A stretch of DNA of 64,000 nt, taken from contig JAMDHS010000014.1 in assembly GCA_029717555.1 (NCBI GenBank), positions 124,001-188,000 of the forward strand. The letters run 5' to 3'. How positions within the stretch are numbered: the stretch's first letter is position 1; the number at the start of each line of letters is the position of its first letter. This stretch comes from Peribolospora baueri. Its lineage: Eukaryota. Under the pieces are notes generated by a model. The model worked only from the letters and a program-made list of their open reading frames with translations, was not told where the DNA came from and did no database searches. The translations under genes were made by a program, and so were the position numbers. Shown here piece after piece: positions 36,401 through 49,169 of this stretch.

Positions 36401-39400
36401 TATGTCCGTCTACGCACCTGAACAGCTTGATGATTTCCCACCGCGACTTCGGCACGAGACCTTGCGAGACGCCCTGCTTGTCGATGGCGAGGCTGGTTTT
36501 AAGGGTAATTTCAAACTGTTGCGGCCGGCGGTGGAAGGCTTCTACCTTCGCTAGCACTTGTCTCCAAGACTGGTCAGGTCCACTCGGGGGCTGTCGGAGG
36601 CAGACTATGTCTGAGTCCGTAAAGCCGACGCTCTGCATCTGACCTTGCTTGATCAAAGCGGCAATCTCGACGAAGTCGTCCACCGCGGACCGTCCGGCCA
36701 CTTCAATGGGCACCACCTGCTCGTTGTGCATACCCTCCTTAGCCTGCCGTAATTGAGCCCAGGCTTCAAGCATCAAGAGAGGACCGAATATGTCCGCATA
36801 CGCGTTGGCATCGTCAAATCGCTCCGGCACCTTGGGGTATTGCTGGGATGCAGCGGAAGGCGGCAGGTCACCGTCATGATTGAAGTCCCACTGGAGGATA
36901 TCGCGGTGCAGGCTAGAGAACTCTGGAGCGGCACGGAGGCGACGCTTGCGCTCGGCCTCTTCTCGCGCTAGCTGCCGACGTTCTGCACCATCGTCGATCA
37001 TTTGTACCTGCCGTCGCGGAGCAAGAACTCCTGGAAAGATTGCTGTCGACTTTACAGAGCTCTTCTGGTGTTCGATAAGCGCACCCAGTCCGCCCTTGGC
37101 CTGGCCTTCTTCCTCGCCTGAAGACTCTTCGGAGCTGTCCGACTCCGACTCTCCTGATTCCTCTTTCCCTTGCTGCTGCTGCCGCTGCGCCGCCTTAGCA
37201 TCTAGGGCTGAGCCGGCCTCAGCCGCCGTCATCACCGGTCGCCTCGCGCCAAAGGGAACTGCAGGAGCAACTCGCCCCCGCTCCTCTCGATGTTGCTTTC
37301 GCAACTCGCTCACTAGACCCTTTCCAACCGAAGAGGACTTGAGCTTAGATGCCGTCGAGCTCGAGGCGCTAGGTGGCCGATACTTGTTAAGCGACGCCGC
37401 CGCGGGGGTGGAACTCTTGATGCCAAGAGTACCTCGCGCCGCCTGGGCTTGTAGAGAAGGAGTCACGGTATGGCTGCTCTTCCTGGTAGCCCCGATGGGC
37501 AAGGAAACTGAAGAATGGTCTTTGCGGTTCTCATTATGCTCGCCGGCTGCCTCGGACGAAGACCTCTTCATCGTCGCCAACGCGAAGCTGTGCATGATAG
37601 TCTGCTGACGCATCTTCAGGCTCTTTTTCGTCGAGGAGGGCTGAGACGACGAAGGAGCAGGACCTTCGTCATCACTAACGACGATCACCTTGCTCGAAGG
37701 ATCAATTGCGTAGGACAGCTCCGAAATTTGAGTCTCCGTAAGCAGCCAATCGTTCGGCAAAGGCTCGCCGCGGTTGGCCGCGTCACGACGTCTCGCCCAA
37801 CGCTTCCGCTGCTTTCGCACGACGTCCTGAAGTTTGGTTTTGTTCGCTGGTGACGGCTCGATCCGCGATCGATGGAACCGGCGCAAGATCTTGCACAGGA
37901 GATTGAGCGTCATCGAGAGCAAGTCCTGGTCGTTCAAACGCAGCCAATTTGGCAGCGTCTGCAGCGGTTCATCGAGATCACGGATCTGCATTCATGATGT
38001 TCGTGTTGAGCAAAACGTCAGGTGAGCACTTTCTGAGGAGCGCAAAAAGGTGTCATGCTACGCATCCGGCGGTGTACTCACCATTTTCATACCGGTGTTC
38101 GTCAACTTCGCCGGGCTCTGGCTTGATGGCTCCCCACCGTCATTTGTGGTATTGGCATAGCCCCTTCTCATCGCGGCCGCCTCGAACACTCGAAACTGTT
38201 CGATGAGCTGATCGGCAAAGAGCAGCGCGTCCCTCATCCAATCCGTCATTGCTTCGTTGTCGAAGTACTCAGCCCACAGCGGCGTCTGCTTGAAGATGAG
38301 GGCAATGGCCGAGCACATGAGAGACCAGAGTCGCGGGATGCGCCGTGTGAACGAAGCCGCTGTCGAAGACGAGACGAGGGTGGCTGAGGAGCCGGAGCTG
38401 AGAAGACCGTCGGAGGGAGCACAAAGAACCTCGATAATATCCCTGAAACATCGCACGAGCCACTTTGCAAGGTCGACAGCTTCAACGAGCCTCGTAGAGA
38501 CGGACGTGAACGCCTGGACAAAGCGAATGAGACCCTGAAAGCTCGCTTCAGGATTGTTCTGGAGCAGGAACCTGAAGCAGTCTTGTCGGTCCGCGGCGTC
38601 CGGGAAAGCATTGCGTACGATGGCCATCGCAGCGTTGTGAAGAGTCTTGTCCGGCGAAAGCGTCAGGACGGTGAGAGCTTCGGCCATGTCTGGTCGACCA
38701 AGGAAATTCATCAACTGCTCAGGACTTCCCTCGGCGAACATGAGGACGATGGTACCAAAGTCGTCTCGGGTCGCTGCGAACGCCTTGTTGATGGACTGGA
38801 CATAGTTCCTGAGATCTCTTGTCGAGCGCTCGTTTCCAACCTCCGGGGCAATGAAGCGTTCGGTGTAGAGGGGCGAAGAGAGGTAAGAGATCTTTGCCAC
38901 TGCTGACGTCAACATAGCATTTCCCTCCAGGTCCGAATCGGCAACTTTGGCGTAAGATTTGGTCCAGAGCTCGCGAGCAACGAAAATCGTGGGCAAAGCC
39001 TCAACACCTTTGTTGGACGAGATATCGGCAGTAGCAGATCGCAGTCGCTTGGGAGATACGTCGGAGAGCGTCAAAACAGCCTCGGCGATGGCGTCGACAT
39101 CTCGGTTGAAGACTTTGGCGAGGAGCTCCAAAGCAAGAAGGCGCACCGGTAGTAACCCAGCGGTCTGATAGGAGCGGTCGAAGGCGGCTGTCGCGAGTAT
39201 TGAAGCGTACATGTCGAAGACGTCCGTTAGCGCCCTTGCCCGACCCCCCTCGGAGTCGCGTCCATAACGGTCGAACAGGTCCTTCAGCATCCGGACGCCG
39301 ACACCCAAGATGGTCGCTCGAGTCGACAAAGAGAATCGGGTGTGTTGAAAGCGGTCAAAGAAGAAGTTGGCAACCTTGGCAAGAAACTCCGGAAACCGAG

Positions 39401-40739
39401 CGGAGCTCGCGACCGAGCGCAAATAGTCGCCCGCCCAGGCGAGTCGCTCCGACGCTGTCGTCGACACCGCCCCGTCCTTCTCGCTCTCTTGACCCTTCAC
39501 GACTCGTCCTCCGCAATCGTTCACGAGAAGTTGCTCGAGAGCTGGGTTGTCGAAAACAGAGTCAACGATCGTCTGCGGCCAGAGGTCCTCCTCTCCCTTC
39601 CACACCTCATCCCCGATCTTCCTCAGTAAGACGGCAAAGCACCCGAGCACCTCCGGGAAGTGCTCGTCGCGGTCGTGGAGGTGTCCACATACGAGCTGGG
39701 TCGCACCTCCGCTCACCTCCGACGTCTCGACTAGTCGTCGAAGAATGATGGAGGGGGAGAGGAGGGAGAGGATTTGTCGGAAGCCCTTCCAAGCGAAAGT
39801 CGGGCGATTGGTAATAAGGTATGGCGGCGGGACGAAAGGACGGGATACGTTTTGCTGATACGCAGAAGCAAGCAGCTGCATGGCGTCGTAAACAACACCT
39901 TCCAATGCTGGGGAGAAGTCTTGCTCAGAGACCTCCGGGAGGTGGCCAACCTGTGCCGCTCCCCACTCGCGCAAGGTTGGGTCGCGGTGCAGGAGAAGAA
40001 CAAAGAAGCCAGGGGGTGCCTCCTTCAGGTTTCGGCATTTGGACGATGTGACACCGCCGCGAAGTAGCCGCTCAAATACCTCCGAGGCGAAGAAGGCGGG
40101 TTGAGAGAGGGCGGTATATAGGAGCTCGGGCGGGAGCCTGCTGAGCTCAGTAAAAGGCGGTTCGTCGGCAGGCACGACCTCGTTTTCCTCCCGAAGCCCA
40201 TGCTCGCGCAGCCGTCGTATCACCTGCTCCGTTTCCCAGTTGCTGACATGGTTGAGAAAGTCTCGCACCGTCGATTCGTTGAAACAGGAGAGATATCTAT
40301 AGGAAAGCGCAGCAGTAAACGTGATCAAATCCACGCTCAGAGAAGGTCGCACAGGCCCAGCAAAAACAACCGACAAAGGAAAACAAAGAACAAAAACCCA
40401 CTTTTCTTGTAGTTTTCGCTTTCCCTTCGCAAATGCCTTCTGGCAACGGATACACGTGCCGTAGGACGCCTCGAGTAGCTGGCGCCATTCGAGGACCTTG
40501 CCCTTGGACTTGAACGCAAATAGTCGCAAGAGACATGTTGCAAGCTCGAAGTTGATAGAATCACAAAACCAATGGCGTTCCTTGCCATGTCCGTGTGTGA
40601 AGAAATCTAGTCCTTTCCCGGTGAGGTCTTGCAGAGTCCCGAGGTCCTGTGGATTTTCGCGTATCCGCGCCAGCAATGAGTCAATCTCCGCTGGTGACGG
40701 CGGCAAAGCGCTGGAGGACGGCGGGAAGGGAGACGACAT
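33431..40739 (-). CDS. SEN1: Sen1 / senataxin SF1 RNA-DNA helicase, multi-exon
   Basis: Large N-terminal Sen1 domain (HWFC...CIRC); helicase motifs LIQGPPGTGKT, VLLCAPSNAAIDE, VIIDEAAQ, QYRMHPDIS, TVDGFQGQEKD, RRANVALTRAK. Confidence 0.95.
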
Positions 40740-41252
40740 GACATCCGTCCCCCCTCAAGATCAGTGGAATCTGCAAACCGCCGCAGAGCCTCTCACTCGG
40801 CCGCAAGACGCATGGGAGAGGGTGAGAGATGAGGAGCAGGTGGCGAACAGTCGTGAAGAGCGAAAGAGAAACGCGCTAGTTTACGCGAAATGTCGATCGA
40901 GGCGCGCGGAATGCACGTGATCTTTCTAGCGCAGGTCGTACGAGTCGAGGCGGCGTGTTCGCTTCTCATCACCACCGCCATCGCCACCATAAATCCAAAG
41001 GAGTTGATCAAGGAGGAAAGGAATTCGTTGGACTCTTTGGTTTAACTGTCTCACTTGTGAGTGTACTTTTAGCTACGAAAGCAGTTCCCATAACGACAAG
41101 GTACGGTTCCGGAGACACGTTCTCGTCGGCGATGACTCTTACCCGGTTGCGGCCCGGCGGTGGTGAACCTCTCCGACATTCATCCGCCCTGGGGAGAGGA
41201 GGGGACGCACGTACTTGGCGCAAGTGCACTACGAATACTGTACATACACGAG

Positions 41253-42993
41253 TCAGAAAACGCCCTTTGGACCTACGCCTCCCAGGCCAGGAAAACCGGC
41301 GGCGTCCCGAAAAGGGTCCGCGACCTGTCGCTCCCCCTGCCGCCGCACCCTGGCAGAGATGATGGCGCACGCTTCTGCCCACGCGCACACGGCCCCTGCC
41401 AGGCCACAGAACAGCGAGTCGGGATGGTCGGGTTGGCGGTAGATGCCACGGTAGTCTTCGACGCTCTCGACGGCTCCGGCCGGGGTCAATTGGATGGAGG
41501 CGACGAGAAAGGAGAGAGCGTAGGAAAACTCCTTGTCCTGTAATGCTCGGTCGTGTTCCCCGCTGGCTTGTGCGGACGTCAGGAGAAGCCACGGCCAGGC
41601 GTTGCCCGTGACGCCGTGACATAAGGGCATTCCCTTGGACAGCCAACCCGTCTCCCACACTTTCTCGGTCAGCTTTTGCTCCGTGTGTCTGAGGAAATCG
41701 GCGGTGGAGCGGTTTGCGAACACGTCCGGGTGAAGGGATTTGAGTGTGGCGATGAGCAGCAAGGCGCCCGGCGCGCCGTGACAAATCTGCACGAGATGCG
41801 GACGCCTCTTAGACCTGATCGGGATAGAGGACGGGAGATCTCCCTCGTCCGTGACAAGGGAAAGAAGCTTGACGGAGCATTGGAAAAGCAGCTCTCGCAC
41901 GTCGTCGGCGAGCAGATCGCGAGGCACTTGCAATAGCACTGTGAGAATGCCAGCTGCATAGGAAGAGTGGAGAAAGGTAGACAGTGTGTGAGATAAGAAA
42001 GAGGAGGACGGCAAGGCAGATCTCATGCTCACCGACTCCGTGTATAGCACCCAAGTAGTATTTGTCATGCCATTGCCAGATGAGCGGGAGATCGAGGGGG
42101 CCCATCTCTTGCCGATATTGAGCAGCGCCTATCCTTCCAGCCTTTAAGATGACGTTCACTAGCTGCCGAATGACATGCGGCCCGACGACCTTGATCAGGT
42201 TGGGAATGCCGTCCAGGCCGATTCGTGCTACCAACTGCTCCTTCGCCACTTCGTCGCGCTCGAGCCGCTCGTTCAGCCGCTGTATGGAAACGTTGAGATT
42301 GAGAAGTCCCCATAAAAGGCCCGCTCGTCCGTAGAGGACCTCTGCACCACCGCCCCAGAGGACCTCCTCGTCATCATCGTCAAGTGCGACGCGAACGTGG
42401 GCCTCAAGATTTTCGATCGCCCGGCGCCATCGATAAGGGTCATCCCTCATGTCCGTGTATCTCGCTCTGCCCTCAGGAAAGTGAAGGTAGAGGAGGATCG
42501 TCAACAGGGCGTGCCCGCTACTCGAACCCACTGGCGAAAGCCAGGACGGATGTACTACGAGCGGTGGAACCTCAAGGCAGCGAGAGATCGAGGACGGGAA
42601 TGATGGCAGTTCGGACACAAGCTCGGTCGAAAGATCTAGGGATGACGATTGAAAGGCCAGACGAAGGTACATAGCGGCCAAGCCTGGAAGAAGATGAAGA
42701 GTCGAGAGTTTCAGTCTCGTACAGGCCAATGTCAAGTCGAAATGGTGGCTCAATTACCAACACGCCGTCTACTCACCGCACTCGCCCTCATACGGCGCGT
42801 TCTGCTTCGAAACGCCATGGCCCGGTTTGCGATTCTGGAAATACCTTAAGGCGTCCGCGATTGCCTGCGAGAGTCGCTGGTGGATACGGCTGAGACTGGC
42901 ATCGTCGAGTAATACGGGTTTCAGATCCTCGGCGAGCGGAAGGCGCCCCTCGAGCTTCTCCAAGAATCCTGCAGTCGTATTAAAATCAGACAT
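41253..42993 (-). CDS. Lanthionine synthetase C-like protein (LANCL family); exons ~42993-42777, 42683-42033, 41953-41253
   Basis: EVLYGRAGLLW, YLGAIHGVAGIL, VQICHGAPG, PLCHGVTGNAW and DSLFCGLAG are the LanC/LANCL motifs, including the Cys/Cys-His Zn ligands. An alternative start lies at 43059. Confidence 0.9.
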
Positions 42994-44226
42994 AATCAAC
43001 GCAATCAACGCCCAGGTGGCGAGTGCCGGATTCAGAGTAGACCGAACGGTCATCTCCATGCCTCCAAGAAAATCACTGCGGCTTCCGCCCGACGCTGGCG
43101 CAGTCTTCCTTCTGTCGCACGGGCCTCGCGTCTTAGTGATCTGCCTGCGGAGCATCTTCAACATTTTCGCTTACGACGGAGTCGACCGACTGACGCTCTA
43201 GAATACCCGATACCCGAACATGAGGACAAACCTTCTCCGCGATGACTTCCTTGCTTACCCGCAACCAGCAGCAGTTGTGATAGAACCGCTGCAGTGCTGC
43301 AGCAAGCGATCCTCTTGTCTGCTCATCACTTGCGCCCTTTGGAACTTGCACCGCCGGCCCGATTAACGGCGCTTCAGGCCGCCTAAGAGCGCCCGGTCTC
43401 TCAGGCCTGCCTTGTAGGGACGCATGCGTCGTCATTCTCGGACTGACTTCGATGTCTGGTCCATGCACGACCTATTGGTACGTGTGCCTACCTACAGGCA
43501 GGTCGCTGCACTCCTTCGGTTTCCGGAAGCTCGGAAGCTCGAGAATATGTGTCGGACTTTATGGGACGGTGCTAACGTTACAACAAATCACCTACACTTC
43601 ACGCACACTGCTCGTCCTTGGAGACGAGATCATACAAGCAAGACACACCCGAGAGATCTCTGACTCGTTGGGGCGCGCCTCTCCCGTTGGTGGCTAGCTC
43701 CTAACAGATCCATGTCGAGCACATCCGGATGCGCACGCAAGCGAATGGACTCGTCTCTTCGTAAGTGTCACCGCTTTCTATCCATGTCCTCTCGAGCAGC
43801 CCTGTATCCTCGACACGGACGAGCGCTGAGGTGGCTGGCTCCGTCTTCATATCCTAGACTATGCAACAACGATCCATGGATGCACTCGGCGATCGTGTAC
43901 GACCTGTCACGTCCAATATGTGCTCCTTCGTGTCAGAGGCTTGTGCAACCTTGTCCCAGCGTGCCATCTTGCAAACCCCCTCTGAGATGGCTGGACGCGA
44001 CTTAGAACTTATTTGCCGGCGGCGATATGTTCGTTCATTGATCCGCATTCATGTCTGTCCTACAGCAGGACCTATCCTCCTCCTCCTGGGTCATGCTCAT
44101 GCCGATCCGCCTCCTACTCACGGTTCATGTGCGATCACCTGCCCGCCTTGTTAGCCGGCACAATCCATACCTGCCCCCACCCGGGCGAACATCTACGAGA
44201 AGGAGGTCGGGGCTTCACATGCCGGC

Positions 44227-44233
44227 TATAAAA
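44227..44233 (+). promoter_or_regulatory. TATA box of the repeat-precursor gene
   Basis: TATAAAA 117 nt upstream of the ATG at 44344, followed by a CT-rich leader. Confidence 0.6.
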
Positions 44234-44343
44234 TCCCTCTCAGTCCTTCCTATCCAGTCGCCCCCTTCTACACCACCTCCCTCCTCCACGTCCACTCCTA
44301 GACCTTCATCTGGCCTCGCCATAGCCGTTGCCTCACGCCCATC

Positions 44344-45357
44344 ATGCAGCTCTCTTCCACCTTCGCCAGCCTCGCTGTCTCCCTCTCCCTCGCCATCGCT
44401 TACGTGCAGGCCGCGCCCGTCCTCTCGGAGCGATGGCAGCACGCCTCTCCCGAAGGTGCCGCTGAGTGCAGCGGCACTGGCGGTAACGGTGAGCTCCTTG
44501 GCGGCCTCCTCGCCGGTGGCAGCACCTACGCTGGCGGCTGCGCTGCGGCTGGTCGCCCTCGCGGCTGGGAGGAGGGCCCCAAGACCGGTGCCGCCGAGAC
44601 TGGCGGTGCTGGCGGCTCCGGCGAACTCCTGGCCGGTATCCTCGCTGGCGGCACGGGCAACGCCGGCGGCGCCGCTTCGTCCTTCGCCCGTCGCGATTCT
44701 TCCTCTGGCAACGCTGGTGCCAACGGCCAGCTCCTCGGTGGCCTCCTTGCCGGCGGCAGCGGCAACGTAGGCGGTGCCCAGTCTTCTTTCCCTCGCGACT
44801 CCTCCTCTGGCAACGCTGGTGCCAACGGCCAGCTCCTCGGCGGCCTCATCGGCGGTGGCAGCGGCAACGTCGGCGGCGCCCAGTCTTCTTTCCCTCGCGA
44901 CTCTTCCGCTGGTAACGCTGACGCTAACGGTGAGATCCTCGCCGGTCTCATCGGCGGCAGCGGCCACATGGGCCACGCCGAGTCCAGCGGCCCGCTCAAG
45001 GGCGACGACATGGAGGGCCTTCCCTTCAACGCCCGCGATAGTCAGGGCGCCATTGGCTCTGCTCACAACGCGGCTGGCCAGGAGTTTGGTCGCGATGAGT
45101 TTGACCACGAGGAGATCCCCGACGGCAACAACGTCGCGCAGGGCGCCATTGGCTCTGCTGGCAACGCCGCGGGTCAGATCCTTAACCGCAACTTCGGCGA
45201 GATTCCTGAGCTCGGCGGCAACAACGTCGCGCAGGGCGCCATTGGCTCCCACGGCAACGCCGCGGGTCAGATCGTGAACCGTCGCCAACTCCCGATCGTT
45301 GGCGGCATCCTCGGTGGTGGTGGAGGCGGTGGTGGCAGCGGCGGCAGCGGCCGTTAA
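44344..45357 (+). CDS. Secreted multi-repeat peptide precursor (KEP/repellent-like), intronless, 337 aa
   Basis: Signal peptide MQLSSTFASLAVSLSLAIAYVQA; 5 repeats of type GxxGxxG(E/Q)(L/I)L(G/A)G(L/I)(L/I)xG and 3 repeats of QGAIGSxxNAAGQ, separated by ER/PR/RR/AR/GR/NR; 102-nt DNA tandem repeats at ~44695-44900; third codon positions mostly C. Confidence 0.88.
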   Translation: MQLSSTFASLAVSLSLAIAYVQAAPVLSERWQHASPEGAAECSGTGGNGELLGGLLAGGSTYAGGCAAAGRPRGWEEGPKTGAAETGGAGGSGELLAGILAGGTGNAGGAASSFARRDSSSGNAGANGQLLGGLLAGGSGNVGGAQSSFPRDSSSGNAGANGQLLGGLIGGGSGNVGGAQSSFPRDSSAGNADANGEILAGLIGGSGHMGHAESSGPLKGDDMEGLPFNARDSQGAIGSAHNAAGQEFGRDEFDHEEIPDGNNVAQGAIGSAGNAAGQILNRNFGEIPELGGNNVAQGAIGSHGNAAGQIVNRRQLPIVGGILGGGGGGGGSGGSGR

Positions 45358-45787
45358 AATTTTGACTATCCACTCTCCTAGCCTGCTTTAGGCATCGCTT
45401 TGGAATATGTTACCGTACTTTCTTTTGTTTTTGCGACGATGTGCTTTGCGCTTCTGAGAGTCATGATCGTCGTGTTTCCCTCCGGGGCATTCTTCCGCTT
45501 TCGTCGCGCTTTTTTTCTTCGTAATAACGACTTGAAGAACCATGTATTTCTTTTCTCTCTCACGGTCAATGAACGTAATCGGCTATTCCCTTATGCGCAT
45601 GTCAGAAGGTATCATTAACTCACATACCAGCGATTTTCGATCCAATCCGGTCGAACGAGTTGGTATGGTATATGCGTGCCGTACGCGGACCCGCGTCGCG
45701 TCTTGATCGCGGCTTGACGACGCGCGCGCTCCTTTGGCAAGTGCCTCGGCTTCTTTCTTCGTTCCCCATCACACGCCCACCCCGAAC

Positions 45788-47579
45788 ATGAGCTCGCCTG
45801 GAGGAGAACCGAGTCGAAAACGGCTTCGACCGTCTGAAGACGGCAACGGCGACGGCGACAGCGACGGCGACAGTCGTCCCGGCGCTCGGGAGAAGACCTC
45901 TTCACCATCGTCGGTGCATGCCTCCGACGACGGCCCCTCCGCTGCGACGTCTCCTCAGGGCGTCGCAACGGTCTCTGTTACCTCGAATGGTCAAGACTCC
46001 ATAACAGCAAGCCACGATGCGCCTCTCACCGAGAACGGAGAAGACGCAAGAAAAGCACCGCCGCCACCACAATCAGCAGTTGCGCCACCCGTGTCACCAA
46101 GCGCCACCGCCCCGTCCACCACCTTCGAGCCGAGCTTTTTCGGGGTGGCGCCTTTGGACGATTTCACGAGGGAGGTCGGCAATTGGATATGGGCTTGGTG
46201 CGCTGAACAGGAGACGATTGAGGATATCGAAGTGAGTTTGCATGTCTACCCACATACAGGGAACGAGACACGTAGCATGCTCGTTGGAGAGCGCCATGGC
46301 TGCTTGACTCGATTGGCTACGAGGAGGAAGATTGGCTCCTGACGACAATCCAACGACTCTCTTCTTTCAGATCGAAGCGAAGATTGGGCAACTGGTAGAT
46401 CGGTCAACTGGGGAGAGGGTTGCCTTCCCGGTTCGGAACGAGACGAGTGAGTTCATTTTGATTTGCATTGTGGGCATCTGGACCGGGCAGGCTTCATAAA
46501 GGCTTTGCATGTCGGCAAAGACAACGACCGGAAGGCGTCTCATCTGCACCGTTCTGCTTATTGCTCCAGTCCTCCAAGACGCTTCGAACGTCAACTTTGT
46601 CAGTAATATGACCATGGTGCGTCGCCTCGTTCTTCCGTTTTCGCGACACATGTTCGTCATCTGATGTTGTTTGTTTTGACCCCTCCGCTGCCGTCGTCTC
46701 AGAACCAACACGCCGCTTACAATCGGCTCCTGAACGCTCGAGTGGCCGAGTGCGCCCAGCCGAGCTACCACGGTCATCGAATCCGGTACCAGCACTTACA
46801 CGAGGTCGACCAGTTCTATCGCGGCCCGCGAGCGGGCGCACAGAAAGTGCGAGTGACGAGGGACGAGCGGACTGGTCAGGTCAAGCCGGGTGGAATCGTG
46901 AGGAAGACAAGGATCGCGGACATGAACGTTTTCTGTCCCGGGAAGGAGTTTGACTATCGGATCAGCGTCAACGCGGAGAAACAACGTGAGCTTTGCGCGA
47001 CTCGTTCGCCGTCGAAATTCTCTGGACGATATCCGTCCCATTGGACGCTCATATCATATCTCGTCCCGTCCACCTTATCGTCAAGTAACCGATCTCCCGA
47101 CCGGCAACCCGGTCATGAGCCGAAGAAAGGACCGCCTCTCATACGCGCATCAGCTTTGCAACATTGACCTGACCCAAGTCCGAGATCCAGAGGTGGGCGC
47201 ATCCGCAGTTCAACCTCTTCGATCCAATTTTAAGGTCTCCCTAACACTCTCCCGCACCTGCCGTCTGCTCACAGCAAAAAGGACCGTTGCACGAGCTGGA
47301 GATTGAGTTTAGAAGCGCTTCGGAGCTATTGAATGAGGGTATGAAGACGAAACTGGGTACGCCGCTCGGTCAGGAAACACCTTGGGGCTCTTACGAGGAC
47401 ATGATTCAGGTGATGCTCAATAACGTTCGGATGATCATTCGGTGAGGAGATGGGTTCCGCTCTCTTCAACGTCCAGCCGATGGTGTTGATGACATCATTT
47501 ATCTGGTGCTGACCATCCTCACGCGTGCGTGCTATCCTCCTCCTCTAGCAATGCCGCCCCGGCCACGTCGAACAGATAA
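45788..47579 (+). CDS. CET1: mRNA-capping RNA 5'-triphosphatase (CYTH/TTM family), multi-exon
   Basis: EIEAKIG, KVRVTRDE, RKTRIADMNVFCP...DYRISVNAE, RRKDRLSY, IDLTQV, HELEIEF. Confidence 0.92.
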
Positions 47580-47795
47580 GCGAACGCACACCTCCGGGAA
47601 CGCGTTCATTCGCGCTCCCTCGATCGACGTTCGATGTACGTCCTATTCCGTCTGCCAAAAAGCATACATTGTAGAGACAGCGACTAATTGAGATATCGAT
47701 TCTAGGTTACGAAAACGCCGTTCCCCGTCGAGCCGTCGTCGATGCCCTGTGAATTCGATTTTTTGGAAGGAGAGCCTCCCAACGTCAGTGCGAGA

Positions 47796-49169
47796 TCATA
47801 GCGCTTGATAAGAGTCGTCCAGTTTGCCCTCCACCACGCTCTCTCCGTCCTCCGAAAACTTGACGTTTCTCTGCGGGATCGGCCAACAGTACCAGAAAAA
47901 AGCGGAAGAAGGGTGAAATCAGATATTCTGGTCTGATCTGAGGCGAGAGGAACGGAATGGGACGAAGGCCCCACCTCGTGCTCCAATGCTTTCGCGACAA
48001 ACTTGGTATGGCTCCCGCTTTGGTCGTCCGATCCGGAAAGGAAGGGAAAGAGAGCGAACATGAGAGAGGACGTGAGGTCGTGTCACGGAGAACGACGACG
48101 AGAGATAATGGATGACATGTGTTCCGTGCATGTGCTCACAAGGCGAGGAGTTTTTGCGTTTCGGGGTGACGAAGCTCTATGCGCGTCGAAGCGAGAGTTC
48201 GTCCTGAATACGACGAGGCGCGGGCGGGAAGAAGGGATTCGGGAGTGGGGGATCAGCCGGGTCCTGTTTGGCCGGGCTCAGCTCAGGGCTGGCTCGGCCC
48301 ATCGCTAGCTCCACCAAAGTCATCCAGAATAGGGACAAGACAGGGGGGTAGAAAGACTGACCCAAGCTGACGACCTCGCTCTTGACGTCCACCTCATCTC
48401 CGGCCTTTCCGGCGCTCCTGACAAAGCTGACGGTGATGTCGGTGCTCACGCCGGTGGAGTAGAGGCCGCGGGTAGCGAGCGCGAGGGAGCCCATGCTATC
48501 GACGAGGGTGGAGACAAGGCCGCCGTGGAGGGACTTTTCTCGACGGAGAGAGAAAAGAGGGTGACGTGTCGGTGCCGGTGCCGTGGCGGAAGAAAGCGGC
48601 CCACTTTGGCAAGGCGGCCGTCCGTCGTGGCCGTGAAATGCTCACCTGCAGACGATTGACTGGATAGAAGACAAAAGCAAAGTGGAAGGATGTAAGCATC
48701 CCATGTCCATGTCCATGTCCATGTCCAGGTGAAGTGGTGCATGGGAGGGCGAAGAAGAAAAGAGGGAACGGTGCCGACCATTCTTGGGCTCGATCTTGAA
48801 GCGCGCGTTGACGACGCCCGGCTTGGCGTCTCGAATGACGAGCTGATAGAGACGAATGAAGGGACGCATTGCCGAGCGCGGTCAGCGTTGGCGCCGCGCA
48901 ATATCGTGGCGGCCGCTGTATGTGCCGCTCATTTCTAGTCACCTGAGATATGCATTGGGCATCGTGACCTCCATTCTGCATGAATGCCTGCGAGGCAGTT
49001 AGCCGGCGGAGTGATGAGAGAGCGTCGATGACCGTCAACGTCAACGTCAACGTCGCCGTCACCGTCATGGTTGTTCGTACGTTGTTCCTCTTTGGCGCTC
49101 GCAGAAGAGCAGGTATGAGGGAGCCGTAGTCACCTTCCAAACGCCCCGGGTGAACTTCAAGCACGCCAT
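47796..49169 (-). CDS. Hotdog-fold acyl-CoA thioesterase (ACOT13/PaaI-like), many short exons
   Basis: MACLKFTRGVWK..., NRLQ.LHGGLVSTLVDSMGSLALATRGLYSTGVSTDITVSF, GSHTKFV. Confidence 0.85.

Noticed and set aside
44215..45288. 357-aa repetitive minus-strand ORF
   Set aside because: Antisense shadow of the C-ending codons of the plus-strand precursor, which has the signal peptide and TATA box.
41253..45357. Complete classical lanthipeptide cluster
   Set aside because: No LanB/LanM/kinase-lyase, transporter or protease gene is in the window; retained only as a hypothesis in the findings.
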